The translations under genes and the position numbers were made by a program. The notes beneath the pieces are model-generated. The model was not told where the DNA came from, did no database searches, and saw only the letters and a list, made by a program, of their open reading frames with translations. Positions 1 through 11,398 of a stretch of 20,000 bases of DNA are shown one piece after another. Origin of the DNA: Craspedostauros australis (Eukaryota); the NCBI GenBank assembly GCA_030167865.1, contig JALAGF010004627.1, positions 56,292 to 76,291 on the forward strand. Reading direction: 5' to 3'. The stretch's first letter is position 1. Each line of letters opens with the position of its first letter.

Positions 1-613
1 CTCCCCCATCGGCAAGCTTGCGGTGACAAAACTTAACACATTTCGAGTTTTGGGAGATGTTGAACATGAGCTTGTCGCAATCAACAAGATCACATGAATA
101 CAAAGCCACACAATGTGCCACAAGAGGGATATGATGGAGCTGCTTCATCTCTACGAAGCGTTGAGGCAAGTGGATGTATTCATCGAATGGAGATTTGAGT
201 GGATGTTCGGCAGCCAATCGAAGTACGAAGCGAATCGCTTGCTTGTCTTCTTCTCCGAAATGGTCATAGCTGCCGAATTCCAGATTCAGGGATCGAATGC
301 GCATCCGCCCGCAGCCCCCGTGAAATGAATCGGTCAGTAGAACACGAGGTGATAAAGCAATGTATCTGTGCCACAAATCCATCGATTTCAAGTCATCAAA
401 AGTGAATCCAGCTTCGATGGCCATGTCCCAGTGTTCCATCCGCTTGGGTGTGACACTATAGCAGTTGATCTGCTCTAGTGGATGACTCTGCACATTGAAC
501 ACGGTCTTCTGGTCCCGGCATTTCTGATGGAGTTGTTTCCAGAAAGTCTTGAAGTCTGGATCATGATCGCTGTTGATATTGATGTTGGCGACAGCATCCA
601 TGTTGTGGTTCAT
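1..613 (-). CDS. Hypothetical protein, 3'-truncated by the window edge (at least 204 codons)
   Basis: Manual translation of the minus strand from ATG 613 (alternative ATG 601) gives MNHNMDAVANININSDHDPDFKTFWKQLHQKCRDQKTVFNVQSHPLEQINCYSVTPKRMEHWDMAIEAGFTFDDLKSMDLWHRYIALSPRVLLTDSFHGGCGRMRIRSLNLEFGSYDHFGEEDKQAIRFVLRLAAEHPLKSPFDEYIHLPQRFVEMKQLHHIPLVAHCVALYSCDLVDCDKLMFNISQNSKCVKFCHRKLADGG with no stop before base 1. There is an in-frame upstream TGA near 750. The composition is protein-like but no family was recognised. Confidence 0.65.
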   Translation of the reverse strand, partial: MNHNMDAVANININSDHDPDFKTFWKQLHQKCRDQKTVFNVQSHPLEQINCYSVTPKRMEHWDMAIEAGFTFDDLKSMDLWHRYIALSPRVLLTDSFHGGCGRMRIRSLNLEFGSYDHFGEEDKQAIRFVLRLAAEHPLKSPFDEYIHLPQRFVEMKQLHHIPLVAHCVALYSCDLVDCDKLMFNISQNSKCVKFCHRKLADGG

Positions 614-1719
614 CCTTTTCTTGTCGTTGCTGATTGTTGTTGCTTGTTGCCGTTGGTGGTACGATCGTACGAGTAGAGCAGGCAGAGCTGGTGGAGCAGG
701 TAGAGTATGTAGTCCCAAATCAGTTGCGCTTGGATGGCGATTATGAGCTCATCTGCTCGAGTTTGCTGTCTTCCATTTCATGATCCTGTGCATTGATCAC
801 GAAGCAACGTGTCGTCAGTCAACACGCCTGCATGGACTTGTGCAGTTCCACCAAGGTGTATGGTGTGGTTCTGTGCGGTGTGGTATGACCGTGGACAGCC
901 ACATCACGATCCGAAGGTAGCTCGCTTGCTCGCTCGCACGATACGATCTTCGATGATGCCCAACTTGGCCATGCTGCGGAGTTGTGCCTCTTCATGTGAT
1001 ACCATAGTTTGTGTAATATGAGTACAGTACATCCCTCTGTGATGGTCTTGGGGGAGTCAACCATTATACCATACGAATGCACACTATGTACTTCGGCAGT
1101 TGGATGTCATCGAACGACTGTAATGGGCGGATCCACGATGTGAAGGAATCACCACGATGACTTCTTCAGTGGACATCGAAGGCGTTTCTTGAGTTTTGTG
1201 GTGAGGATGATGATGGCGACGATGACGACGATGATGACACCACTCGTGTTTCAATCGACAACAAACGTATCCAGGACTCATCTCGCCTCACCCAACCGTC
1301 GGTCCATTTTGTGACGATGGTGATGGTGACGATGGTGATGCTACGAATCGCGCCGCGGAATACTGATACAGATCGTCACAACTGCAATGCTCGCTGATGA
1401 TCACCGTCGCCATCAAATATCTATTCACAGAGTACATCAATACTCTCTCTCTACAGAGAGACAGAAAGACAGTGGCCTCGTCTCGACTCTACAACCCTCT
1501 TCCTCGCAAGAGGCAAAACGAGCATCCACCAGCAAAAGTTGCCGATCCATGCATCCATCCTTACGAGTATACATCGTGAACTAGCATTAGAGTGTTATTG
1601 GTGCCCGGAACGTACCTACGATACCGCCAACACCGCGTCAAATATGGCACATACATTTTACACAACGATCACCCTTGATCAGCTGGTTCCCCTGCCTGTT
1701 ATTCCAATCTCGTCGTGTG

Positions 1720-4700
1720 TTACTCCTCCAACGGCGGGCAGGCGTCGTCTATTGTGCGGGTGGTGCCCGGGAGCGGAGATGGCATGGGATAGTCGTATTT
1801 CTGATGACAAGCGCACACAACTGGCCGATTGGCGGACCCACAGGTGTACGCGATCTCGCAGAGGGCACGCGTGAAATCGTGGCACCCAATGAAGTCGTTG
1901 AAGTCGGCGTTGCACCGGATGTTTTGGAAGTTGTTGGCCACGTCGTCGAATCTTGGCACAAGGTCGCGATCGGGGATGATGTTGAATGTGTACCGGTCTA
2001 GACTTTCTGGCCTGACGGGAGGATCGAATGACAAGCCGGAGATCCTTGCATTAGGTCCCGAAATTGCGACTGCTGGGACCTTCGCCTGGGCACCCGTGAT
2101 GATCGACAGCCCACCGCCAAGTGAGTGACCGGTGACCTGGACGTGGTCGAACTTGCCGCTCTCCTTCAATTCCTCGACGAACGGTGTGATGATTCGGTAG
2201 AAGGACACGTCTCCGACAGCTGATGATTCCACTCCGTTCATGAGGAGGACGAGTTCTGGGAGAGTGCGAAAGAAGGCAAAGCGGAAGAAAGGTAAATGGG
2301 AAACGCGAGGAGGGACAGGGTGAGATGGACATGGGATGGCGACAACGACAACGACATGGCAACACGACAACAATAAAACAAGATCCAGTGCGCTTCAAAC
2401 GAGCAACAGAGTGGTTTTGAGTGCTGTCGCATCAGGAATATGACCACAACTTCGAGCAAGATTTCGAGCAGCGTTTCCCAGCAGAATGTTCCAGTCGCAT
2501 TCAGCATGCTTACCATCCAGGATAGGCGTCCATATTTCACCAAGTGGGAGAATTCCTCGCAGCACCTGCACTAGCATGGCCGCTGACCAAAGCTGGCTAT
2601 CCGCGAGAAGATCGAACGCATTCTGCGTGCCGCGGATGCTCACGATGGCGAGGTTGCTTTCAGGGACCGTGAAGAGCTTGAAGTTCGCAGCTGAGTCCAC
2701 GTTGTTTGTGCGCTCTCTGTATTCGCTGACCATGGTCGTATCGAGTTTGACACCCTTGTTTGGGAACCAGCCATCCAATTCGTCTTGGACGAGGTCGAGC
2801 TTGTTGTACGCCAGGCCAGCCAAGAAGCTGTGACGAAGCAGTTGTAGAATCCCGCCACGTGTTGGTGGTGTGCGGCAAGTAGCAGGCAATAGCAGCAGGG
2901 GCGGCAGTAAAGGAAAAAGTGAAAAGTGTGTGAGAAATCCATCGTCACTCTGCAGGCGCATGATCGCAACACCGTCATTCTTTGCACCTTGGGCACAAAA
3001 GCATGAGTAGAGGCACTTACATGTAGTCGCCGATGGTGGAATTGGTACCAAATACTTCATTGATTTCTGGGAGGCTGCAGGTTGGGTACCTCATGTCATC
3101 GGGCTGTGGTGGATAGTAAAAGTCGTTCAGGTACGTGTGCTGGAGGTCGTTGGTGGATTCGGAGCTGGTGCCGATGGACAGGAGGAAGATTCCGACAAAG
3201 ATCAGACCAAAGCCCCACAACAATCGAGACCATACGATGCGGCTCTTGTCGTGCGTGATCTTCTTCACCAGATTCGATAAGCGGGATGTGTTGGCCCATC
3301 TCTCTTCTGCCGTGTCGCCGTCGACCAGGTCCATGTTACCTCTCTCTTCGATCGCGACAGCCACGTTCATGTAGTGGCGAAGGCTTGAGTTGAGTGCGAC
3401 GAATACAAAGAGTCCAGCGATCGCCCAGTTCCGAAGGTATATGAGTGTGGCAAATGGATAGATGAAGTAGAAGATGTGCTCCAATGCGAACAAGATCCAT
3501 GCCATGCGCTCCGTAACCTTGGTGACTCGGTTGTAGTGAGAGACCAGGTAGATTCTGGATATTGGTTGTGTATGGTCGAGGACATGCCATTGCATTGAGA
3601 GAGAATGGAAATAGAAAAGGGATGCGGCGATAGCGAAAATATAATACAGCAATACAGTACAGTCGAGTAGAACAGTGTTCATGAGGTGAGAATGGTTGAA
3701 CAGCATGGAGCGCGATCAATACACGGTGGGTGTGCTGTGCCATGACAACTTCCGCAAACATCAACGTCTGCTTCGATCTGGAGACGTCATACATGTGCCC
3801 ATCAGACATCAGACGTACTACTCATCAACCGCGTTGGAGTAGAATATGCCGACTCATTTTCGCCGCAAACTTACCCTTCGCTTGGCTTGGAACCCAGCTT
3901 GTCCCATTTGCGTTTGGAGTCGCCACGCGGCGCAGAGTAAGGTCCGCTGGTTTGCCTCATGCCATCTTCTGCGATGAACGAAACAGCAGGATCGACCTGC
4001 GGGGTGGTCTCCCGCGCGAATGTGACACCGGCCGCTTGCTCCTTCTTTGGTTTGGCTTCCGTCTGGTCCTCTTCCAGGAATTCCCTGGCGCTGGAGTACT
4101 CTTTGGTGTCCTCCGGATCCATTCGAGATTCCTGGTGGCTTGGACCGCCGAAGCGTTGATCGGCCTGTGATTCCGCCATCTCAGGATCATCCTGATTTGC
4201 CGCGGCTTCGATATCATCTCTGCCGTCACCGCGAGAACCTTCGTTCAGAACGATATCAATCGATTTGAGCTGAGCGCCATTGCCTTCGTTGTCATGATCG
4301 GGGTCGTCACCGTTCTTGTCTTTGTCCTTGATGCCCGTGCGTGCCTGGATGTAGTCTTTGGCCACCTTGGAAAGCTGCCGGGTGCGCTTAAGGACCTTCC
4401 ACGCCGCCAGGGCCAGGACGATCGTCGCGACTATGATGAGCGGAAGTTCGGTGTCCAACCAGACGAGGACGGCGATGCACAACCACAAGATGAGGAGGGT
4501 TCCGAGGAGAGAGCACGCTATGTTGCTCTTGATCTGAGAACGGGTGAGGGCACCCGGGCCGTCGATGATGGCGATGTAACGCGAATTGGCGGGTCTGCAA
4601 AAGATCCTCTCCAGTCCCCATGTGGACTTGGTGAGGAAGGGACGGTAGTCCTGGACATCGTCGATTCGAAAAAGTCTTTTGGGCGGATCGAGGGGTTCGA

Positions 4701-5742
4701 AGAGCTTGAGGCCTCCCGGGGTGTCGGTGCTGAAGAATCCCATCTTGGTGAGCTGCGCCCACCAGTTGGCCTTGGCCTTATCCCTGGTCGATTCGATGAT
4801 GCTGGCCTTGTGAATATCGTCGGAGTCTTCGCTATCCTTGAGGAATGATTGTGCCAGATACGTGTCCATCTCACGACCGCTGTAGGCGTGAATCTGTCGC
4901 CAGATGATGCCCTGCTTGATGACGTCGAAGAGGGCATCGCTATTGGCACCATTGCTCTTCCTCACGAAGGTGAGCGCGGCTGTGACCTCGTAGTACACTG
5001 CCAGCATGGAGAAGACGAAGAACATGACGGTGATGCAACCGAACCAGACCAGCGATGTCACCGTCCACCAATCCTCGATGGCTGACATGAGCGTGATGCA
5101 GAGGACCGTGACGGGGATGCCGAGGAAGAAGACGAAGAAGATCCATTCGACGACGACGTCGTTGTAGTTGTTGTTGGCGAAGAAGATGAGCTTCTTCATG
5201 AAGCTGTGTCCCGACCACAGCTCCGAGCAGAAGGTGCTGGTGAGCACCATCGCCGCTGCAAATCCGTCGATGAAGACGATGATGCAGAGCATGACCCCGA
5301 TGAGCACGCCCATGTTGAAGTCCTTCGTGATGGAGGTCTGGCCGGATTGCACGGCCATGTCGAGCACGAGGAAGAGCAGCACCTGGAGGCAGAAGGCGAA
5401 AAGGATGCCTGACCAGAGAATAGCGACGGTGGTGTACAACGCCCTGAGGGCTTGGAGATTCCTGGTGCTGGTCGACATCTTCTTGACCGTGATGACGCTC
5501 TCTTCGATGGCGGGGTCGTACTGCTCCTCGAGGATGACCTGGCTGTTGTTGCTCTCGAAGACGCGCGCGGCATTGTTGCGTGAGCGGAAGCGCACGATGC
5601 TTGATGCCACCGGCAAGGTGAAGTGGTCGACGAAGCTCTTCGCCACCATCAAATTCTCCTTCACGGAGCCCGTTGTGTTGTCGCCCTGCGTGCGTTCGGA
5701 AAACATCACATTGCGGTGGTCGTGGTCTGATGCCGACGCCAT
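1720..5742 (-). CDS. Polytopic membrane protein with C-terminal class-3 lipase (alpha/beta hydrolase) domain, paralogue A, ~1083 aa, 4 exons
   Basis: Exons 5742-3875, 3554-3021, 2827-2514 and 2255-1720 total 3252 nt in frame. All three introns are GT..AG and the joins restore collinearity with paralogue B (PSEG|IYLVS, GDYI|FLAGLAY, PILD|ELVLL). Lipase_3 motifs: IRGTQNAFDLLAD, VTGHSLGGGL (catalytic Ser), DLVP (Asp), GCHD (His). About 9 hydrophobic segments precede the lipase domain. Confidence 0.88.
2256..2513 (-). other. Spliceosomal intron 3 of lipase A (258 nt, phase 1)
   Basis: GTAAGC donor at 2513, pyrimidine tract plus CCAG at 2256; same position and phase as intron 2 of paralogue B. 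Confidence 0.88.
2828..3020 (-). other. Spliceosomal intron 2 of lipase A (193 nt, phase 2)
   Basis: GTAAGT donor at 3020, ACAG acceptor at 2828; gives STIGDYIFLAGLAY, matching STLADFAYLAGLAY in paralogue B. Confidence 0.88.
3555..3874 (-). other. Spliceosomal intron 1 of lipase A (320 nt, phase 2)
   Basis: GTAAGT donor at 3874, CCAG acceptor at 3555; removal restores frame and alignment to paralogue B. Confidence 0.85.
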
Positions 5743-7723
5743 GGTGCAATGGTTTGTGGTCTGTGTCTGTGGGTACTGTTGTTGGTGATTGGAGAAGAGT
5801 TGCGGTTGTGATGGCCGTCGCTCAGATGAGAGGCGTCTTTGTTTCCAATGCTGTTCGTCTTTTTACTGTTCGTTTGGAGGAAAGCGAGAGAGACAGCAAT
5901 TGATGAAGTGCTCCCAATTGCAATTATGGGGACAGCGCAGAGCTGAGTTGAATAATCTGTGTGCTCTCTCTATCTCTCTCCTCCGTCGATGGATGTTGCT
6001 GTGGTGATGTTGTATTGGTGGGTGGTGCGTGGAGTACTCTACTTGCAGTTGTGGCGAAATGGAGGCGGTCCAACACGATCTGGCGCGGTTTTACGTGAAG
6101 GTTTGGTCGGACTCGTGCTTTGTGTTCCCGTCTGTTCGTCTCTCTGGTTCATGTCTTTGCTCATTCCTTTGTTTCTCATTTGGCGCACTCGAAGCGGGAA
6201 TCAGGGAGGGGAGTCTTTGGTGATGTTCGTTGTGTTCATGGTGGATACTGGTGGGAACGCAGTCGGACTGTTTTCATCGCGCACCGCGCACTGTGGGAGG
6301 GAACAACAGAGCTTCCGATTGGTTTGTTGGCAGCAAAACGGAAAAGACGACTCCGCAGTCCCTCTTCGACGCGTTTATTCATTCCGAGGCGGCCGGACAG
6401 CGACGAACTCTTCGCGCGCTCACTTAATTCTGCAAAATGTCTTAAAAAGCTATCCTTGTACGCGGTCTCCAACATGACATCACGAGAAGTATTCTATTCT
6501 AGTACATTTGTTGTCCATGAAGGAGAAGTCGAAGCGTTTCATCCGCCATGCCAACAATCTTGTTCCAACTGTGAGAGCCACCAATGCAAGCAATTGTCTC
6601 AAGGTCGTCATCTTCCCCATCGTTGAACAGTCGCCGTGCCGTTCAACCATGCCTGTGCATGGTATGGCAATCCACGACCTGCTCTTTGCAGTTCTGTGCA
6701 TCATCCACGTCTGGTCAATCCCGTAGTGGCATTCTTCGGATTTGTTCTTCCAGCACTTTGATGAGAGGACAGAAAGGATGGAGAGAAAGAGAGCATCGGT
6801 CATCACCTCACTAAGGCCTCCGCCATTTCCGCAAGATTCACGTCACGGGAGATGGATGAGTGGCGACACCAACGCATCGGCTGTCTTGCGCATGGTGTCG
6901 ACAGAAGCCTCTTCTCCAAATTCTGCCTTCGACCAGAACAAGCTCTCAGGAGAAACATACTCGTGCTTGAAGATTGCTGAGCCGTGCCCTCGCGAGGCGT
7001 TGCGACCACGACACATGTTTGGGAACGGGCATCACAGTTGCCGCGAATGTCATCAGACGCAGCGGATTGTCGATTCACACTTTCTGTTCTTTCCTCATTC
7101 CGCTCCGACAAACTTTCTCATAGACGAATATCAAGATCGCAACTTCATTCATTCATTCATTCACAATGCTCAACTTCTCGATGTGTGCGTGTCTCTCGCT
7201 CACTCTATCCAGAGAGAGAGAATGTGTGGTAGACCATGGGAACATATCTTTCAGAAGAAACAGGAGGGCGGTGTGCAACGGCGTTCTTCTATTCGTACTC
7301 ACATTACTGATTATTGCCGGTCGGGACTGTTGCTCTGTCTGCGCCGCCCCCCAATGGACGTGCATCAAGTCGATCCCGACGGGGAAAGGCACAGAGCGAG
7401 AGTCGTGACCTCTCCATCTTCGCTACCGACAACAACATCACCATTCATCCAATGATCCACACCCACATTCGCGGTAGCTTCGACATTTACATTTCACATT
7501 ATCACAGTTGGAGACCGAAGCTCGGCGCTCCTGGCGCTGATTTTCACCCGACGCCCCACCTGTGGGATTCATAGCTCGTATGGTACCACGTCACAATACA
7601 CTACTCTCCGTTCATCCATTCGTGGATCCACACAATTTCGTGCACGGCTTGCCCATCCCGCAGGCAGGCCATGCACGTGTTCGACGTTCGTTCGTTTGCT
7701 TGCTCCGTCATTCATTCACTTGC

Positions 7724-10700
7724 TTACATGGGGCAAGCCTCCTCGAACGTGCGACTTCCAGTGGCCTCCGGCTTCGGAAAGCCGTACTGGGTGTGGCATT
7801 CGCAGAGAGCAGGGCGGTTGCCCGTTCCGCAGGTCCACATGATCTCGCAGAGACTTCTGGTGGAGTCATGGCATCCGACCGGATCGTTGAGATCGGCGTT
7901 GCAGCGGATTAATTGGAATTGGTCGGCCACGTCGTCCAGCATCGGCACCACGTCTCTGTTGGGGATGATGTTGAACGCGTACTTGTTCAAGTCGTCTGCG
8001 GTGACTTTGGGATCGAACGATCGACCGGAGATCCTTGCATTTGGGCCCGACAGCCCGACGGCTGGGATGCCAGCCTGCGCTCCAGTGATCATCGACAGAC
8101 CTCCGCCCAAACTATGTCCGGTCACTTGAATGTGCTTCCTGGTTGGGTCATTCTTGAGCTCATTCGCGAACTTGGTGGTGAGCTTGTAGAAGGAGATCTT
8201 TTCAACCGTCTCGGATTGCAGCGTGTTGATTACAACCACCAATTCTGTGATCATCGTTGGTATCACATGACGCCATGACATCAACACATTACGGTACAGC
8301 ACAGCATTGTTTCAACAGGATAGATAGAGATGGGAGCGTGAGAGCAGAGCATCTTTGGTCGGGACGACGGCTGTCGGGCTTCAAATGTTTGAGCAGGGCA
8401 AAAGCAAGACCAAGTCACAACTTACCATCCAAAATGGGAGTCCACATCGGACCGAACGGGAGGAATTCTCGCAGCATCTGCATCAGAGCAGCAGCGCTCC
8501 AAAGCTGGCTGTCGGCAAGCATGTCCCAGTTGTTTTGGGTGCCACGGATGACGATCATGGAAAGCTCCTGGTCTGGGAACTCGATGAGCTTGAATGTCAC
8601 GGCGGAGTTGTCCTTGTCCTCTCGTTCGCGAAACTCGGTCACAGCCGTCGTGTTGTCAATGGCGCGGGTCACACCACCGAACCATCCATCGAGCTCGGTC
8701 TGAGTCGCTGATTCGGGGCGGTAGGCCAGTCCAGCGAGGTAGGCAAAATCTGCGAGCGTCGATTCTTCGGCAAAGCCGCCGTTCATGTGGCTGAGAGTGC
8801 AGGTCTGGTAACGCATGTCGTTGGCTTGAGGCGAGTAGGCGAAATCGTTGAGGTAGGTGAACTGGTCGTTGAACGTCCCCTCCGTGTTGGTGCCGACGGC
8901 GCTGAGGAAGATGGCCACGAATGCAAAGCCAACAAACCCAAGGACACTGGACCAGACCTTGCGGCTCTTGGCGGTTGTGATGGAACCGACGATGTCCGAC
9001 AGACGGGACTTGTTGTTCCAACGCGTGACCTCATCATCACCATCCACCAAGTCCATGTTTCCTGTCTCTTCGATGATCACCACTGCGTTGATGTAGTAAC
9101 GGATTCCAGACACGATGGAAACGACGAGGAAGAGGATTCCGACATTCCAGTTGCCAATGGCGAAGAGAGTGACGGCGGGGCAGACGAAGAAGATGCCGAC
9201 CTCGAGGAACATCATGATCCAACAGAACTTGTTAGTTGCCTCCGTAGTTCGTGAGTATTGGCTGACGAAGTACACTGCTTCCGATGGGCTTGCGCCGGCC
9301 CGTCCCCACTTCTGCGTGGATCGTGCGCTGGGCTGAGTGTGTGGACCGACGGGTTCATCTGCGTTAGCTGGTGGGCTCTCTGGGTCTACCTCTTCTTCGT
9401 CGACGGACGATCCGACATGTTCTGGATTTGCCTTCAGGTCAGTTCGGAGCGCGATGAGGTCGGAGCTGACTTTCATGAGCTTGCGCGCGTTGCTCATGGA
9501 ATTGTAGGACATGATGAGTGCAATGGCAAAGGCGAATGCGACGAATCCACCCGAAAGGCCGATCCAAACCAAGAATGACACGAACACCAAGACGATCATC
9601 CCGGTGCCCAGCAATGAGCACATGAGACTGCTTCTCAACTGGGCTCTTGTCAGCGCTCCTGGTCCCTTGATGATGGCGACGTAACGCGAGTTTGTCGGAC
9701 GGCAGAACACTCGTTCCAAACCTGCGAATGCGCGTGAGCGACATCATCAAGGTGTGGAAAATGAACAGAGTACGCGTATTGCGAACATTATGCAATGTGA
9801 TGCAATGGCAGAAAAGCAGGCGGTGAGGTTGTCTGAAGTTTGGTTTGGCATGCAGTGCGCGTGCATATGGTGCTCTCTCTCTCTCTCTCTCTCCTTTTTC
9901 TCTGCAATTCTTCAGCGGCATCTGAAGAGGCAAACATGACAGGCAGCAACCACACCTTACGCATCCACATTCGCAGACATTCGCAGACGCTTGTGCATAT
10001 GATACGTACTCCACGTGCTCTTGGTGAGGAAAGGACGAAAGTCCTGGACGTCATCAATGGTGTACAACCGGACGGGGTTTTCGAGCCTGTGGTACAGATG
10101 GATACCACCATCAGTCTCGGCGCAGAGGAAGTCCATCTGGGTGAATTTGGACCAGTAGCCCATGCTCTCTTCCTTGGTGGATTCGTAGATGTTGGATTGG
10201 TCCTTCGACTCCGTGTCCTCCATGGTGCGGAAGGCCGATCTGGCCAGGTAGGTGACACGTTGGCGGCCACTGTAGGTGTGGATCTGACGCAGGCGGATGC
10301 AGCGGCTGAGGACGCTGAAGAAGCTATCGCTGTCCGTGTCCGATCGGTTCTTGGCGAAGTTGTAGGCCGCGCTGACTTCGTAAAAGACGATGTTTGCCGT
10401 GAAGATGACGAAGAATGCCAGCACGCATCCGAACCAAACCAGCGACGTGATGGTCCACCAATCGTCGCTCTGTGCCAGCAACGTGATGCACATGACCATG
10501 AGCGGAAGGAAGAGGAAGAAGAAAAAGAAGATCCAATCGACTGTGACGGCTCCGAAGGTCCCGGAGAAGACGAATTGCTTGGTCAAATAATGGCCGGTCC
10601 AGGTGTCGGAGATGTAATGGCCCGCGATGACGAGGGCCGATGCGAATCCATGCACGAAGACGATGATGGCGATGATGACGCCGATCGTCTTGCCAACGTT

Positions 10701-11180
10701 GACGCTGGCGTCGATGGCGGTGGCACCGGACACGACGGCCAGATCCAGCACGAGGAAGAGGAGGACCTGCAGGCAGAAGACGAAGAAGAAGCCGGTGAAC
10801 AGAGCGCAGACGATGGAGTACGTCGCTCTGAGGAATTGCAATCCCTTGGTGGTGTCATCGATGTTCTTGACGACGAGGTTGTGCTTGTCGTTTTCCTGGT
10901 CGTACGTCTCCTCGATGATGACTTGGGAGGCCTTGTTCTCGAAGACGCGCGCGGCATTCTGACGGGTGCGGAAGCGGATGATGTTGGATGCGGTTGGCAG
11001 AGTGAAATGATCCTCCATCGACGACAGGATGGGTCCACGTTCACGACGCGACGACTCCACGGCATTGTGATCACCGATCACAGGCACCTGCACGATCTCC
11101 ACAGCCGGTGGATTGGGATCCTCATCTGCCTCGTACTTCCCGACGACGATATCCGGCTCGTCGGCATCCTCAGTCGCCAT
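7724..11180 (-). CDS. Polytopic membrane protein with C-terminal class-3 lipase domain, paralogue B, ~995 aa, 3 exons
   Basis: Exons 11180-10010, 9721-8426 and 8244-7724 total 2988 nt in frame. Collinear with paralogue A (e.g. DHFTLPxASxIxRFRxRxNAARVFE, IDDVQDxRPFLTKSTW, LADSQLWSAA). Lipase motifs IRGTQNNWDMLAD, VTGHSLGGGL, DVVP, GCHD. Confidence 0.88.
8245..8425 (-). other. Spliceosomal intron 2 of lipase B (181 nt, phase 1)
   Basis: GTAAGT donor at 8425, ACAG acceptor at 8245; gives PILD|ELVVV. Confidence 0.88.
9722..10009 (-). other. Spliceosomal intron 1 of lipase B (288 nt, phase 1)
   Basis: GTACGT donor at 10009, CTCAC branch-like motif and GCAG acceptor at 9722; gives STWSLERVF versus the uninterrupted STWGLERIF in paralogue A. 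Confidence 0.88.
9873..9892. repeat. (CT)10 microsatellite inside lipase B intron 1
   Basis: Read directly from the sequence. Confidence 0.9.
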
Positions 11181-11316
11181 GGTGCTGTCTGCTTTCTGTT
11201 ACTTCACTTCGCTTCACTTGGTTTGGATTGGTTTGATGTTTCCCTGCGCTCTTGAAAATGCTTGTGTGAAGACTTGGATGGCTGTGTCAAACAACAGCGG
11301 AGCTCTGTTTCTCTTC

Positions 11317-11398
11317 TTTTTTTTTTTTTTGACAAACCGGGTTCTGTTGCAGTTATGATCAGTAGGTACTCTCGGCACAGACAGAGAGAGAGAGAGAG
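11317..11398. repeat. T14 homopolymer (11317-11330) and (AG)8 microsatellite (11383-11398) upstream of lipase B
   Basis: Read directly from the sequence. Confidence 0.85.

Noticed and set aside
1205..1416. 10-bp inverted repeat TTGTGACGAT 1309-1318 / ATCGTCACAA 1372-1381 amid GAT/GAC repeats (possible MITE)
   Set aside because: Embedded in low-complexity trinucleotide sequence, with no target-site duplication and no second copy in the window.
5959..7455. ORFs of 170-237 aa between the two lipase genes
   Set aside because: No recognisable motifs, no coding-like codon bias, and one runs through a (TCAT)n microsatellite. Treated as intergenic or UTR, though a small gene cannot be excluded without RNA data.
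1720..11180. Fragmented lipase ORFs as pseudogenes or five to seven separate genes
   Set aside because: Canonical GT..AG introns join all fragments in frame and the catalytic motifs are intact.
9840..11255. 471-aa plus-strand ORF, and similar ORFs at 4294-4848, 4940-5749 and 5168-5788
   Set aside because: Antisense or alternative-frame shadows of the lipase coding exons, caused by C-ending codon bias.
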